Below are positions 16,922 through 34,919 of a DNA stretch of 64,000 nucleotides, one piece after another; the first letter of the stretch is position 1, and each line of letters begins with the position of its first letter. The notes beneath the pieces are model-generated. The model was not told where the DNA came from. It saw nothing but the letters and a program-made list of their open reading frames with translations, and did no database searches. The stretch lies in NCBI RefSeq assembly GCF_009914755.1, contig NC_060937.1; one strand, written 5' to 3'. The translations under genes were made by a program, and so were the position numbers. This DNA is from the human T2T-CHM13v2.0 reference genome, Homo sapiens.

Positions 16922-18558
16922 GGACAGCTTATTGAAAGTGTGATTTCAGCAGAGTGCTATTAGTGGTGATCAGGATGAGTAGGCTGTGACTATAGGTGTG
17001 CGTGGCTGGAGCAGGATGAAGGAAAAGCTGACTGAAGTTGAGTGGGCCAAGACCAGAGAGACTGGGATGTTTGACATCTTGTGATGTCAAAAGTCACTGA
17101 GAATGGTGCCAACTGCAGGGGTGGAGAGGAAGACAGTGAGCAAAACTCCTCAAAGAAAAGAGTCTGGGAAGGGGGTCAGTAGATGGCAACTAAACAGGAG
17201 ATGAAAATGCAGCAAATAAGAAGTTAGGAGACTCAGAAGATCTGGGGCTTTGAAGGAAGAGAAATGGCTTGGGTATGGAAATGAACATTCTACCCTTTAG
17301 TTCTAGCCCAAGATAAAGGGAGGGCATGAAGGCTGTAAGGGAGCCATATCCTCAGGGAACAGCCTCGTTTCAGTTGTAAGCAGAAGTACAAGGTACATTC
17401 AAGAAGTCGGAGTTACAGGGGAGTTTGCTGATCATGGATCTAGAATTCTATAAGACAAAAGAAGTGCTAAGAGAGGAGAGGAAAGGGTGAGGGATTGGGT
17501 AAGATTAGGCACTGTATGAGGGAGAGTCTGAAAAGGGACCGGGAACAAGACCAAGGTGTGAGGGATAGAAATGGAGTCTTGTGAACAGACTGAAATCGGG
17601 CCCCTGGGAACTGAGCTAAGACTGAAAAACAGTTTCTTTTGAGGTCTACAAAATAAACATGTTTTACCCCCTATTGCTCTGAAATTGATACTGGCTTTCT
17701 TTTAAGGAATGAAAGGGGTGCTAGGAAGGGTAAAAGAGAAGAGATGCTGCAGAGAACAAAAAAAATTCTTTCAGTTATTTGCAAAATATAGGGTTTTTTT
17801 CTGATCAAAATATTAACTGTTTTTTCTGACAATTTGCAATGGATAGAATCTTTAAGAAGCAAGAAGCAATCCCTTAAAATTCTCCTACTGGAGAATTCTA
17901 CTGCCAGTACTTTTTTGCAAACCTATTTGTTGCCTCTGCCAACACACATTTTAATCTTCATTGAGCTTATATAGATGTGGAGAATCACCATGGAGAGAAG
18001 GAAAGCTGAGAAAGCAAAAGCTCACATTCTATGGCTCTGATTGTCTCAAAAAGAAGAGGAAGTGATATTAACAGCAGAGAGTGGCTGGAGTAGGGAAGCT
18101 TGGAAGTGTTAAGGAGAGTAGGAAATGTCCAGGTGGCTGCTATGGTGATATCTACAGGAAATCAACATGGGAGGATGAATAGTTACTGAGCACGTCAATA
18201 ACAGAATTCTGCTGATTTCCCCGCGAGATTCAAAAAGTGGGCATTCTACCAACTCCACCAATACTAGAAAAAAGGTCATTAGAGTGCATCACTTATTTAA
18301 CATAATCCACAGCAATTTTTAAAAGATCACATCAGCCAAACTGAGTTTCAAATTCTCCCCTGTAACTGCTACAGATATCATTGGTAGATACCATAGGATG
18401 ATTCTCCTTTTCTTTCCAGCTAATGACTTAAGAAATGAAAAAGAAAGAAAAAAACAAAAGAAAAAACCTTTAATTTAGATCTTGACAAATATATAAAAAT
18501 GAGAAAATAACTTTTAAGGTAGTGGTGGTCAACATATTTTGTCAGATGCCACATGCTT

Positions 18559-18703
18559 AGGTGAGAGGAGGCTTGATTTCCTAAGAAAAGCAGTCACTCT
18601 GTGTTCACCCTGAATTAGATAACATAATTGAGGCTTATGTAAAAGTGTTTGTGTTTCTAAGTCTTTCAAAAACATTCTGAAATAATTCTAAAAGAATTCC
18701 TTA
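18559..18703. repeat. Right copy of the inverted duplication
   Basis: Reverse complement of 16489-16669, lacking the 34-bp tandem unit. Confidence 0.95.
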
Positions 18704-20009
18704 AAATTATTTTCCTAAAGAAAACTTCCACATTTTAAGACATTTGTGTACTCTTAAAAAAGTTTTTTTTAACTTATTTTCTCCCTTTCTTGTTTGTACA
18801 ACTCTCAATAAGTGTGCTGCTAAGAATCTTAATCTCCAAGGTCGTAATTTTTTCTCTTTCTTTCTCTTGACAGCACCAAGGCAGGAGGTGGCATCAGGTT
18901 CATGAAACTGTGGACCCAGAGAGTAGAGAGGTGGACAACACCAAGTCAGGAGGGCAGCCGGGTGTGAGCCTTGGACGAGCAGGAGCAGAAGACGAGGAAA
19001 TCAAGATCTCACACCAGGGCTCCGACATCAGGGGGTCTGAGGCCCCTGACTAGAGGTAGAGGCTGGGGAGAATCTGTAGGCAGGGACAGGACCAGGCAGC
19101 TGCAGATAGAGAAGGGGGCACTCACAATGTCAAAGAAACTTTATCTTTGGAAAAAACTCTCTGTCTGCCCCTGCTTCTGGTCTTTCTGAGGCTATGGTAG
19201 CTATGGGCTAAATAAGCAACACCAGACAGGTGACTAGGGTGAGGGCATTTCCCTCAGAGGCAACCTGAGAAAGAAATGCATATTAAATCCATGAATCTTG
19301 TACCCCTGAAGTTTTGAATTTGAGATAAAAATTCTCCTGGGTTTGTCCTTACTGAATAGATAAGGGTTCCCAGTGTATAGGTTTTTAATTGTTTTTGTTG
19401 TTGTTGTTGTTGTTAACCAGGCAATTAGGTTCTTATCCATTATAAAGAGGACAACCTCAAAATAGATCTTCTGCCCATAGGGTCTTATGTCCTTCAAGAA
19501 CCAAGTTTCAACTCTTGAGTTTCTGGAAATTTCCCTGCTTTTTCAGGTTTCTGTGTATTTATAGCCAACAGTCAAATCTAGGAATAAGAATAGCTACCTT
19601 TAGAGCAGTGTCCTATGTAGAGTAGGTACTCAATAAATTATCAATTGGATTAATTTATAAATGATTGTCATTATTAGCATGAAGAAGCATATATTACATG
19701 CCAGATGACATTTTATATTCCTTATTTCATTATATCTTCATAATAGTTAGAGATATCTTTTTATCCCCACTTTATAGAAAAGGAAACTGAATCACAGAAA
19801 GGTCGTACTGCCTCTTTCAGGATATACCAATTATGTGTGCTAGTAAGTAGTGGAGCCAGGATTTGCACTCACGTAGTCTGGACCAGACCACACTCTCAGT
19901 CACTATGGTTCTAAGTCCAGTATGGTAAGAACCTAAGGTGAAGTTAGGAGAAACCAAACAGGTATATAGAATCTGGGAGGTTTTAAAGTTACATTGTAAG
20001 GATCCTTTT

Positions 20010-20240
20010 ACATTTTTTATTATTAAAAATGTCAAACAAATTAAAATAGAATAGTATAACAAACATTTGTGTGCCATCACTTAGCTCCAAAAATTATCAA
20101 TCTTGCTTCATCTAAACCTGTAGCTCCCACCAATGCCCCAAATTATTTGAAGCAATTTCCCAATAATATATCATTTCATCTGTAAGTATTGCATATATCT
20201 CTAAAATACAGGCTCCATAAACATTTCTCAATATTATTTC
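20010..20240 (-). mobile_element. L1MC-type 3' fragment
   Basis: 'aatcttgcttcatct...aattattttgaagcaatttcc...atcatttcatctgtaagtatt'. Confidence 0.6.
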
Positions 20241-20375
20241 AGATGTAAAAGAAAATATAAAATAACCAAATAATGAGACTATTCTGAGTCTTTAAGTGCT
20301 TAACTTAAAAAAAGTATCAAAAATTCTCTTAAGGTGGAATGAAATAGAGAGAAAGCTGTTCCCTAATGGATATAG

Positions 20376-20721
<346 letters not shown>

Positions 20722-20839
20722 TAGAATGTTGAAAGTAGGTGAGGTGTTTTAAGTAAGTAGAGAAGTATAGTATTAGGGTATGCTGTAATTCAAGTTGCGA
20801 GGTTTCTCCCCTTTCGCCTTTATTTCCTACTTAACAGTA

Positions 20840-21860
<1,021 letters not shown>

Positions 21861-21942
21861 TTGAGATGGCTGCTATAGGAGCTCATATTGATATCATCCC
21901 ATCATCCCAGGGCTTGGGTTTTTCACATAAGAATCCTTTGTA

Positions 21943-23476
<1,534 letters not shown>

Positions 23477-23531
23477 AAGAAAACATTGATGGCCCCATCA
23501 CTTGTCTGGTCTCGTATCATACCTATAATAA

Positions 23532-23908
<377 letters not shown>

Positions 23909-24114
23909 AGATGTCTTATTTAATCATTCCTCTAACTCTGTGGAGTATGCATGAATTTTAGAGATTAGGCAATGGAAACTTACAGAGGTTAAGTGACTTG
24001 TCCAGTCACATGTTAATAAATAACAGTTCTGGGACTCAATCTCCTCTGTCTTCAAAGCCTGTGCTCTTAAGTACAATATGACATTGCCTCAGTATATCTG
24101 AAGTCATGATGAGA

Positions 24115-24628
24115 TAGTAGACTGCTTCCAGAAAGGTCTCCAATGATCCCTGCCTCCTAATATTCACTCTCTCACGTAATCCCCTCCCTGTGACTAGCTT
24201 TTAATAAACAGAATGTGGCAATGGTGATGGGATGCCACTCTAAGATTAGATGATAAAAGACTGTGACTTCCATCTTAGCAGCACTCTGACTTGCCTTATT
24301 GCTCACTTGCTCTTATAAAGCAAACTGCTATGCTGTGAGCTGCCCTATGGAGAGGCCCATAATGCAAGGAACTGAGGGTGGCCTCCAGCCAAAAGCCCAG
24401 GTAGAAATGAATACTGCTAACAGCCACATGTGTGCACATGGAAGTGGATCCTTCCTCCCCTGAGCCTTGAGATTTCTGCCGATCAGCTGACACTTCGATT
24501 GCAGCCTGTGAGACTCTGAGCAGAGGACCTAGTTAAGCCATGGCCAGATTCCTACTTTACAAAAACTGTTGTTTCAAGCTACCAAGTTTGGGGGGTAACG
24601 TGTTACACAGCAATAGATAACTAATACA
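24115..24628 (+). mobile_element. MLT1F-type MaLR LTR
   Basis: 'aatgatccctgcctcct...gagctgccctatggagaggccc...gcaatagataactaataca'. Confidence 0.8.
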
Positions 24629-25498
24629 AATGATAATGTCAATATTAATAATATTAACAACTGTCCTAGTATCTTGCATTTATGTAGTGTTTCAAACTTT
24701 TCCAAAGAAAAATCAAGTTTCAGAATAATGAAATTAGAAAAATATATTTCTAGTATCTTCCCCTAAAACACAGCAGCTGCACTTGAAAGAACCACCTGTA
24801 TTTTCAACAAGAAAAATTGGTATTTATTCACCTGTTTTCATTACCTTAATTCCCATCTCTAAAACCATTTGAAATATGGTATCTAGCAAGGGACCCTTTT
24901 TCTTCTTTGTACTAAGCTATTAGCAAAGAGATATGTTTAAGCATCTGGCCTGGGTGTTCTTTAGGACCTCACATTTGTAGCAGCCAGTTGGACTTCTTAG
25001 CCTGTGCTGGGGTTTCCTAATCCCTGTATCAATTCCTGCTCCAAGAGAGGGACATGGATTTTAAGCTGTCAATCAATATTTTTGCCAGTTGAGATGAAAT
25101 ATAAGGGGTGAAAGAAAAAAGCTAACATAAGACCAGAGCTCAAATTGGGCAAGACTACAAAGAATTTTTCCAGAAAGTTTTCCCAGAAGGAGCTAATTAT
25201 TGTGGGAGAAAGTAATCTTCATGTTTGGCTTGAATAACCACAGAAACAACAAAATGCAAATATTTAAAAAATAATGGGAAAATAGAAGAAAAATTTTGAT
25301 TATACTCTCGGTGGGCTTACTTTAAAAACAAAAAACCACTGAGTGTATGTGTAAATATGTATATACCTACACATACACATTAGCAGAAAGGGAAACATGG
25401 GAAATTCACTAAAAACGTACTTATTTTGCACATAGTTATAGAGCAAGGAAGTCCTGAATGTAATTGTAAAGGTTACACCACAGAATAAGATAAACACA

Positions 25499-25789
25499 GG
25501 CTGGGCGCGGTGGCTGACGCCTGTAATCCCAGCACTTTGGGAGGCCGAGGCGGGCGGATCACGAGGTCAGGAGATCGAGACCATCCTGGCTAACACGGTG
25601 AAACCCCGTCTCTACTAAAAATACAAAAAAATTAGCCGGCCGTGGCGGCGTGCGCCTGTAGTCCCAGCTGCTGGGGAGGCTGAGGCAGGAGAATGACGTG
25701 AACCTGGAGCCGAGATCGCGCCACTGCACTCCAACCTGGGTGACAGAGCAAGACTCCGTCTCAAAAAAAAAAAAAAAAAAAAAAAAAAA
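25499..25789 (+). mobile_element. AluY with a short deletion in the right arm
   Basis: AluY-type 'gatcacgaggtcaggagatcgagaccatcctggctaacacgg'; right arm reads gaacctggagccgag; TSD aagataaacaca at 25487-25498 and 25788-25799. Confidence 0.93.
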
Positions 25790-25799
25790 GATAAACACA

Positions 25800-26600
25800 G
25801 TCTCTACCCTGATATAGCCTAAATTTTAGTGGGATAAACAGATAAGTAAAAGCTAACGTAATAAATCAATAAATAACTACAGGTTGTGATCGTGATTGAA
25901 AGTAAAAACGAGGAATTGTTTACACAGGACATTCAGAAAAGGCTTGTCTGAGAACGAAAGAAAGTGGGGTCAGCTATGTTAGGAGCTGGGAGAGAGGTTT
26001 CCAGATAAAGGGAATAGCAAATACAATGGCCCTAAAATAGAAAGAGTGTAGACTGTTCTAGAACTGTCAAAGGTCAGTGAGCCTGGTGAAGAATGGTATG
26101 AAATGAGGAAGTGGTGGTCATAGGCCAGATCATTTAGGGCCTTATAGGCCCTGCAAAGGAGTGGGATTTTACTCTAAATTGAAAGGGAACGTATGTTTTC
26201 AAAAGATCACCCTTGTGGCTATGTGAGGAATAGATATAAACAAGCTAAAGTGGATGTCTGAAGCTAAGTAGGAAAAAAAGCCTATTGCGCTATTCCAGGC
26301 TAGAGATGAGAGTGGCTTAGAGCAGAGGTTGGCAAAAGACATAAAGAATAACGGACAGATTTTGGTGGTAGAATGAAAAGGACTTAAAGCTGAATTCGAT
26401 GTGGAGGCTGAAGGATTGGACGAATCAAGGAAACCTCTTGGGTTGAGTGTTTCATATGTGAACATGGTGTCATGTATTGAACTGAGAAACCCTACAAAGA
26501 TCTGTGTGTTGAGAGATCAGGAGGTTGGTTTTGAACATGCAATCTGAGATGTCTCTGAGAAATTCAAGTAAAGGTGTAATTTAGAAAGTCAGATCTATGA
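25800..26600 (-). mobile_element. L2 fragment
   Basis: 'gccagatcatttagggccttataggcc...aaaagatcacccttgtggct' antisense L2 text. Confidence 0.7.
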
Positions 26601-29234
26601 GCTTGAGCTAATATTATATTATATATATATTATGAATATAAAGTCAATCACATTCTGTAGTTAGCCTAAATATATCAATATACACAACATGAAGGATTAT
26701 GCTTAGTAATGTAATTCTTTGATTTTACAGAGCTGAAATAAACCTCAGATTTTTCAAGTTATTTTTTACTTTTAATTGTCCAAACACAGCACCATTTAAT
26801 TTTTTTCAGCTTCATGCTTTCTAATTTTTGAATATTTGAATTCTCCATTATAAAAATATTTTTAATATTTTTTAGAATATTAGAAAGCTACAGAAAGGGG
26901 GAGAGGTCTAAAATTTATGGAGCACTAACAACAGAACAGGCAGAAATGACATAACATTATTTCACTTAAATTCATAACAATCCTCTAGGATTACCTCCTT
27001 TTGGCAGGTGAAGAAGCTGAGGTTCAAAGCATTTAAGTTAACTTGTCCAGTGACATATGATCAGGATTCAAAGCCAAGTTTTCTTTTGGCACTAAAGGCC
27101 ACATCCCATCTTTACAGAAGATGCAAAGCCCACAGCGTCTCCTTTCGTTTCTCTTTTCATTTCCACATTTTTTCCCCACTGTTCTTACATCTCTTTTACT
27201 GTTCAACCCAACTGAATTCAACAAACACTTGGAGCATTCCCCTACATTTGTATGGCTGGTAACTGCATTTCTGCTGAGTTTTGGACATGTTCTGTTCTTC
27301 ACCTCCACTATTTGATGGCCTTCTGCCATTGTCTCAGCTGCTTAATAACGAGAAATTCCCCGTATCCCTTCTTCTCAAAATGTCATAAATAGCTGCTATT
27401 GCCTTGGCAATTTCCTGGACTTCCACATCCAGTGAGGATTGGCTGTTACCTAAACTGTTAATTTTCTCCTGGCTGTAATCCACGGGAAACTATATTCATT
27501 AACTCTGAAGCTTGCTTCCTGGAACAAACAACTTGATTTTCTTCCTCTTTGCTTCTTGTTCTTCTGTGTTTTCTTACTATATTTCCCATTCTTATTTCAC
27601 TTTTAATTTCATTAGTTTCTTTTTATGTTGTTTTAAAAATAATCTAATGCCCATTTCTAGTCTCAGTTTTTTTCCCTGCATTTCTATTTTTTTGCTAGTT
27701 GGAAGTGCACTATTTGAACCAGTTAGTACTTATTTATTCGTTTGTTTAAATAGACTAACAGCCCCAGCACAGGACTTGACCATTCCATATCCGAAAAAAT
27801 TGGTAGTTGTCGTGGAGAGATATACCTATCTTAGTTAGATACATTAGTCAAAGGAACATCACATGATTTTTTTAAAACAAATTCCTCTGTAGCTATTTCT
27901 ATGTGCCTGTCACTGTTAGAAGACATGAGCTATTACTTAATCTTCCTATTCACTCTGAGATAGCTACTATTATTATCTTGTTACAGATGAAGAAACCACA
28001 GGAACAGAAACTCAGAATAGAAAATCTATATCAATTTTTACACATGAAAATAGAACCTGACCCCTACCACCTGACAGAAGTTTTATATTTGGGGTATTGT
28101 ATGATGGAAAAAAAAAACCAGAAAATGGGGTCTCTTACTGTGTAAAGAAGTGTAATGCTCCCAGAAGAAGAGAGTTCCACAGGGAGAGAACTGAGTAAGG
28201 AGACCTGACTTCCTCTGTGTGCAGGAAAGGCAGCTATGAAGGAAGACTGACCTCTTTGTGAAGGTAGGTATTTTGTTATCAAAAGGTGTCTTTCCTTTTG
28301 ATAACAAAATAAAAAATTTATGTTAGCTAGAAACTTATCCTTTACTCTGCTAGTGCTCTACTAGAGCAATCTACATTTAGCTGTGTGTGATGTGCTTGTT
28401 TAAAGAGACCAAAGGAACATGGTGCCCTCAGGGAAGACGGCATCAGCTTCTTGAGTGGACCGTGGGTCACAGTTCCACGAGGTGATTAGCAGTGCTGTTT
28501 GGCAGTCTTAGAGGAGTATTCCAAAGAAATGTAAGACCAAACCTGGCAACCCTTATAGATTGGAGAATGCTTCCCTGAAAGGGGAAAAGAGGAAACTAGG
28601 AAACATTTGCATTTCATAATACACATGAATTGTTCGTAACATATAAGCATGATTTCATAGATAATCTTAAAAATAATCCAGTAATAATATGACACCGTGA
28701 TAGCATTGTAAGTTAAAAAAAAAAAATCACAAATCCGCTGGTAGCCTAACACCAACGAAACGTGGACAAATAACTTTTTGTTGAGAGTTACTCCTTTATC
28801 AGTAGCAACATTGTTGAGCTCTATTTGGAACCACAATGTATACATGAAGTAAAGTCTATTATTTGGAAATTTATAGATCAAATGAAAATAAGCCTACACT
28901 ATAAGTTTAACCAAAGAATGCAAAATAAACTAGATTAATAATGATGAAGTGAACAGTCCTATATAATTAAAGAGTAAGACTAGTAGTGAAGAAAATTATG
29001 ACTAACCCAACATAATACTGTTGATACACTGATGATAAAGGGTACTTTCAAAAAGCAGAAAGAATTTCAAGTATCTGCAATGTATAAATAGTGAGCAGTT
29101 TGCAAATTTGTTTAAAAGCCAGTAGAATGTTAATTTAGAGTCCCTAGTAAATTCCAAAATAAGTTTAATTTAATTTATGAATACCACATTGTAGTAATTC
29201 TTAGTAACTACTTACAAATTATTAACTCTCTTAG

Positions 29235-29755
29235 AAATGTTTTGGGCAGCATGTAATAGAAAACTCCAGCTGATATTGACCTAAGCCATAAGAATTCTTA
29301 CTGTTTATGTAACAAAAGCCTGGAGGCATATGATTTGAGGATTAGATCAGCAGCTCCAGATTTTAGGGTACTTGCTTGATGTCTTTGTGATTATCTTGGA
29401 CATCCCTGCAGCACCAGGCACCACATTCTCGGGCCTCAAAATTTAAAGACAAGAAGCAAGAGTGAGGCCAGAGTGGTGAGAGAGCTCCTCCCACAGGCCT
29501 GTTCCTGTTTATCAGGGAGAGAGAAACCTTTCCTAGAAGCCTGCCCATGAGACCTCTCAGGTCACGTTGGCCAGAACTGGGTCCATGGTCATGCAAGCTA
29601 CAAGGGAGACCAGGAAAGTAAATATATGGGTTTTGTTTTGTTTTGTTGTTTTTTGTTTTGTTTTGTTTTTTTCCAGCTTCTAGAGAGGGAGAGATGAGCA
29701 AGGAAGAAGGAAGTTGGAAATGAGTGTTGGGCATCATTAATAAATGTTGGCCATG
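29235..29755 (-). mobile_element. Old MLT1 (K/L-like) LTR
   Basis: 'ttggccagaactgggtccatgg...agctacaagggagaccaggaaagtaaatat'. Confidence 0.6.
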
Positions 29756-29760
29756 TTTTC

Positions 29761-30117
29761 TGTCTTAGTCTATTTGGGCTGCTATAACAAAATACCTTAG
29801 ACTGGGTAATTTATAAACAATAGAAATGTATTGCTCACAGTTCTGGAGAATGAGAAGTTCAAGATCAAGGTGCCAGCTGATTTGGTGTCTCGTGAGTACC
29901 CATTCCTCAGAGGTGGTGCCTTCTATGTGTCCTCACATGGTAGAAGGGGGAAACGAGCTCTCTTAGGCCTCTTTTTTAAGGGCACTAATCCCACTCATGA
30001 GGGTGAATCCCTCTTGAAAAATCACCTCCTACAGGCTGCACATTTTAATTTTGTTGCATTGGGGATTAGGTTTCAACAAATGAATTCTCAGGGTATGGAA
30101 ACATTTAGACCACAGGA
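29761..30117 (-). mobile_element. MLT1A-type MaLR LTR
   Basis: 'tgtcttagtctatttgggctgctataacaaaatacc...aagatcaaggtgccagc'. Confidence 0.85.
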
Positions 30118-30546
30118 TTTTCCAAGTTTAGAAGCTCTTTCTCTGAATTTCTTACAACATGAAGCCAAGACTTCTTACATGGCAGGCCTTTCATGGGCCT
30201 ATTCTCTAGCCTTCTCCCCACCTTCTCCCATAGACAACTGAGGTTCTGACCATTGTAAATGAATTGCAGTTCCTACACGTCAGCATCTGGACCTATACAT
30301 TTACATCTTGGCTTTTCTATTCGCCCTTGAAAGAAACAGTCTGTGAAGTATGTTCCAGCCTTCTCTATAACCCCAGGAAAACTCCATTCTTTCCCCAGCA
30401 TCCTGTATTCTTCTGTATCACTTGATCACATTGTTTTGTGTCTGTTTATTTGTGAGTCTTCCTCGCCAAACTCCAAAGGGGATTTTATTATGCTCACTTT
30501 GGGGCAGCACCTTGCACATTGCCAGGCATGGAATTATAGCTTCCTA

Positions 30547-31045
<499 letters not shown>

Positions 31046-32159
31046 TTATCTGTGGAGCACAGCACCAACGGGCTGCTCCTTCTCTGGGCTGCTGATTTGT
31101 CCATTGTCAGTCCTCTGCAGGCTGCCTCCTAAGCCTCAGGTGCAGTCTGACACCTTGCTGCATTTCCTCTCTGCATTTACAGAGGATCTCCTCTGCGTTT
31201 TCTGCCTGTGATGCTACAGGGCAGCTCAATCTCAACAAGGCCCTGTCTGCTGCCTCCAAAACGCCCTGTCCACTAAAGTAAGCCCGTTTCTTACCTCATC
31301 ACTTTGTTACTAACTGTCTTTACTGATCACATTTTTCTCATTATATCTTCTAATAGGAGAGAATATTTTTCTTTATCAGAAAACGTTGTGTTATAAAAGA
31401 ATAGAACTGATTTCCTATTTGAAGATTTTCACCACACCCAAAAGAGAAAACAAGAGAACACACAGTTTCTAAGGTTCTCCCTGGTTTCCTTACTTGCCTG
31501 GTCCCATTATGCCTGAGGAGGAGGGGTGGAAGGAGAGAGTTCAGCAGGAAACATTTCACTCTTTCCTGCCTCTTATTTATTTATAATTTTGAGAGTGCTC
31601 TGTCTCCAGGAGGGAAGTAATGCTTCTCTTCTCAAATTTCTCACTGACTTTCAAATGGGCTTAAATACTGATTTCTTTAGACTTCTGACCTAATGTATTC
31701 TACACAATATGAATCTGAGGTTCGATTTCTAGGTGGGTGGGTAAGAGGTGGAAAGGGTTTGTACTCAGAGCTCAGAACTGAGAACAAGTTGAAAGATTTG
31801 CCAATGTACAGGGGAACAAAAAGTGTGCAGAGGTCTCAGGAGTGCAGGCTTCTCTGCTACAACATGAGTTTTCATAACTTGAGCTGACTTTAATATGATT
31901 GATTCATTAGGGAACATTGTATTTTGTAGATTGCATTGGCTATAATTGGACAGAGATTGGGAATTAGCACCAATCAGAGCAAAACTGCTGTTCTGGTTGC
32001 AGCCAAGTTTGTTTAAATGGCTGGGTGATAAGATGGCTGATGAAGGCGGTAAGTGCTATCTTTAGATAAGCACTGAGCTAATTGGTATTTCTGGAGGTTA
32101 CTGGAAAAGAAAAGCAATTAGTTCTGCGGTGACACAGAACCGGTCTTCCAAAAATATGG

Positions 32160-32290
32160 GGAAATTTTTAGTTTTTAAAATAGTGTGGGTGGGAGATTTA
32201 TTGGCAATAAGTGGGTAGAGACCAGAGATGCTAAACTTGCAATGCACAGGACAGACCTACGCAAGGAAGAATTGGCTTGCCACAAATCTA
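32160..32290. mobile_element. MER20-like hAT fragment
   Basis: 'gtgggtagagaccagagatgctaaac...aatgcacaggacag'. Confidence 0.5.
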
Positions 32291-32709
32291 AAATTCCAAA
32301 AGTTGCATGTCCCTAATCTTCTGCCCCAAGGATGGGTATACCAGCTGGAGAGAAAGCAATATTTTGGGTTTATAGCTGTACATGAAATTATTAAAGGAAA
32401 GCCTTTATTCTGGACATCTTGAAGTCAAAATCCTATGGTTCCTTCAGCATCTTTCTCACTGAAACAAAAGTTGGTGTTTATCAAAGCTATTTTTTCTTTT
32501 AGGTAACAGGAATTTTCTTAAGAAGACAACTAAAAATCTCTTTTAGCAGGGCAGGTAGTAAAAGAGGAAGTCCTTCCCAGTACTTGAAATATTACAGATT
32601 CCCTTACCTAGAAGTGGAGTTTACTGTACTTGTCAGTTTTCCCCTCCACTTTGGGCAATATTTCAGTTCAAAAGAAAACTGCTGTGTGAGAGGGAAAGGT
32701 CGACCAACT

Positions 32710-34050
32710 TATGCTTCTTTTAGATGGTATCAGTAAATCTGAAGTATCTTCAATTTGCCTTCACTTTAGAATAAAATTTAGCTTACTATACTTACTCTTA
32801 GCCCTTAAAAAAAACACATCTCTTTCCAGTGAAAACTCAGTGCTCATGCTGATAGTCCACTTTAAAAGTTAATCTGTTTTTTCTCTGGTTATTTCTAAGA
32901 TTTTCTCATGACTTGTAAGTTTGATTACTTTATCCCACAATTTCACTATATGTCTAAGAATGGATTTGTTTCATTTATCTAGCTCAGAATAAAGTATGCT
33001 TCTTTAGTCTGAGGTCTCATGTCTTCATTTCATTCTGGAATTCTCTTAGCCATTTATCTTCTTATCCCAATATTTTCATTCTATTTTCTATTTCTCTTAA
33101 CTTCTCTTTCACATTTTCTATCTTATTATTTCTCTGTGCTGTGTTCTGGTTTATTTTCAAAGATTTATCTTCAATTCACTAATTTTTTCTTCTGCTGTAT
33201 CTAAACCGTTATTTAACAAGTCTATCAAAGGTTTATTTTTAAGTGACTGTTATTTCCTTTCTATTGTTCTTAAATGGTCCAAATTCCTTCAGCTTTAAAG
33301 TTTTACTCATCAAAAACCCTATATCTTTGAACATCTTAAATATGTTTATATTAAAGTCCCCTTTAGATTGCTGTATTGTCATAGTTGTGAAATCTCCACT
33401 TTGTTGGGTTTCTTGTTTACCACTAAACTCTCTTATATATTATAATTTCTTTTTATGCATTCACCTTCTGTAAGTTATCTTTCCTAGCAGTATCATATGA
33501 GCCCTAGAGGTTTCCCTTAGGAAATTTTCCCATAGCCTCTATTGAGGTTCTGAACTATCATGTTTTCCAGTTTGAGATTTCTGCATAATGTGAATAATGT
33601 AAATTTAGATACTTTCACCTGAGCATAGATTTGACTTTTCCATGTAGACTCCTCCATATCCCCAACCAGATGGGCTGTTTCTGGGCTCTGTTTAAAGTCT
33701 ACTGGCCTCATGGCAGGAAAATTCTTCCTTGGCTTCTCACTTTAGGCAATGAATCTAGTTCTTGCTGTGTGCAGGCTCTGCACTTTGAGTCTTATCTCTA
33801 CAAAGTATTAAAGCCTCAATTATGGTATCCTGGTACTTCATAGGCAATGAAGCTTTAATTCCTCTTTACTTGGAGACTTCTTCATTTATGCAACCTGGAT
33901 TTTTTTTTTTTTTTTAGTGTTTAGTTTAGATACATGCTATTAAAATATTTTAAATGTCCTATCTAGATGTCTATGTTTTTTGATTTTTTGCTTTTCTGGA
34001 GGAGTGAAAAGGATTTCCCCTTCTGCTTAGTCCACCATTTGGACTGGATG
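32710..34050 (-). mobile_element. Old L1M (ORF1/5' region) fragment
   Basis: T-rich antisense L1M-like text: 'catgtcttcatttcattctggaattctcttagccatt', 'tcttcaattcactaatt...tctgctgtatct'. Confidence 0.5.
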
Positions 34051-34369
34051 TCATTCCAGGTCTTCTTGTCTTTACCACAAAAGTAATTTTCACTCTGGTA
34101 CAGATTAGATGCTCAAGAAATAGTTGTTGAATTGTTATATAATTAAGGTTTATAGCACACTTTGGCTGAATTGGACCTTGTATAAAGGAGCTTTAAATCA
34201 ATCTTAAGGAAAATACACAAAACAAGAGAAGAATACTGTTTTTGATAGTGTGTCAATTTGCTTATTCATTTTATAGCAGTTGTTTCTCTTTTTCACTGTG
34301 GAATTTCCTGTTAGGCTTATCTGAGAAATTTATTCTTTATAGTTCTATAATTAACCAGAAGTGTTTGGG

Positions 34370-34640
34370 GCTTTGGTTTCAGCAGATTCGGGGTTTAAAT
34401 TTCAACTGTGCCACACTCAGATGTTCAAGCCACATTGTAGGGACTCAACAATTACTTGTTGAAGGAATAAATGAATGGATGGATAATTTAGCTAAGGATC
34501 AGTTCTTCCTATGTGAAATGTGGCCAATAATAGTAACCTTGCCATAGGGCTTTAGAATTAAGTGAGCTCACCTCTGCAAAGAACCCAGCATAGCGTTTAG
34601 CATAGAGTAAGAGCTCAGTGAGTGTTAACTATTATTATTA
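34370..34640 (+). mobile_element. MIR fragment
   Basis: 'cagttcttcctatgtgaaatgtgg...agcatagagtaagagctcagtgagtgttaactattattatt'. Confidence 0.65.
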
Positions 34641-34760
34641 TTCCATATAGTTACTTGAAATGCATATCTCAGGGCCTAGACATAGAAGAATTAAATAATT
34701 ATGCATTCCCTTAACTTCTTTAACTTTTCCTGTTACTTTCATTCTTTATATCTTCTTTTA

Positions 34761-34919
<159 letters not shown>

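Noticed and set aside
16670-18558. Spacer already inverted between the inverted repeats
   Set aside because: L2-like sequence inside appears to have the same purine-rich orientation as that upstream, which favours an inverted insertion; judged by eye.
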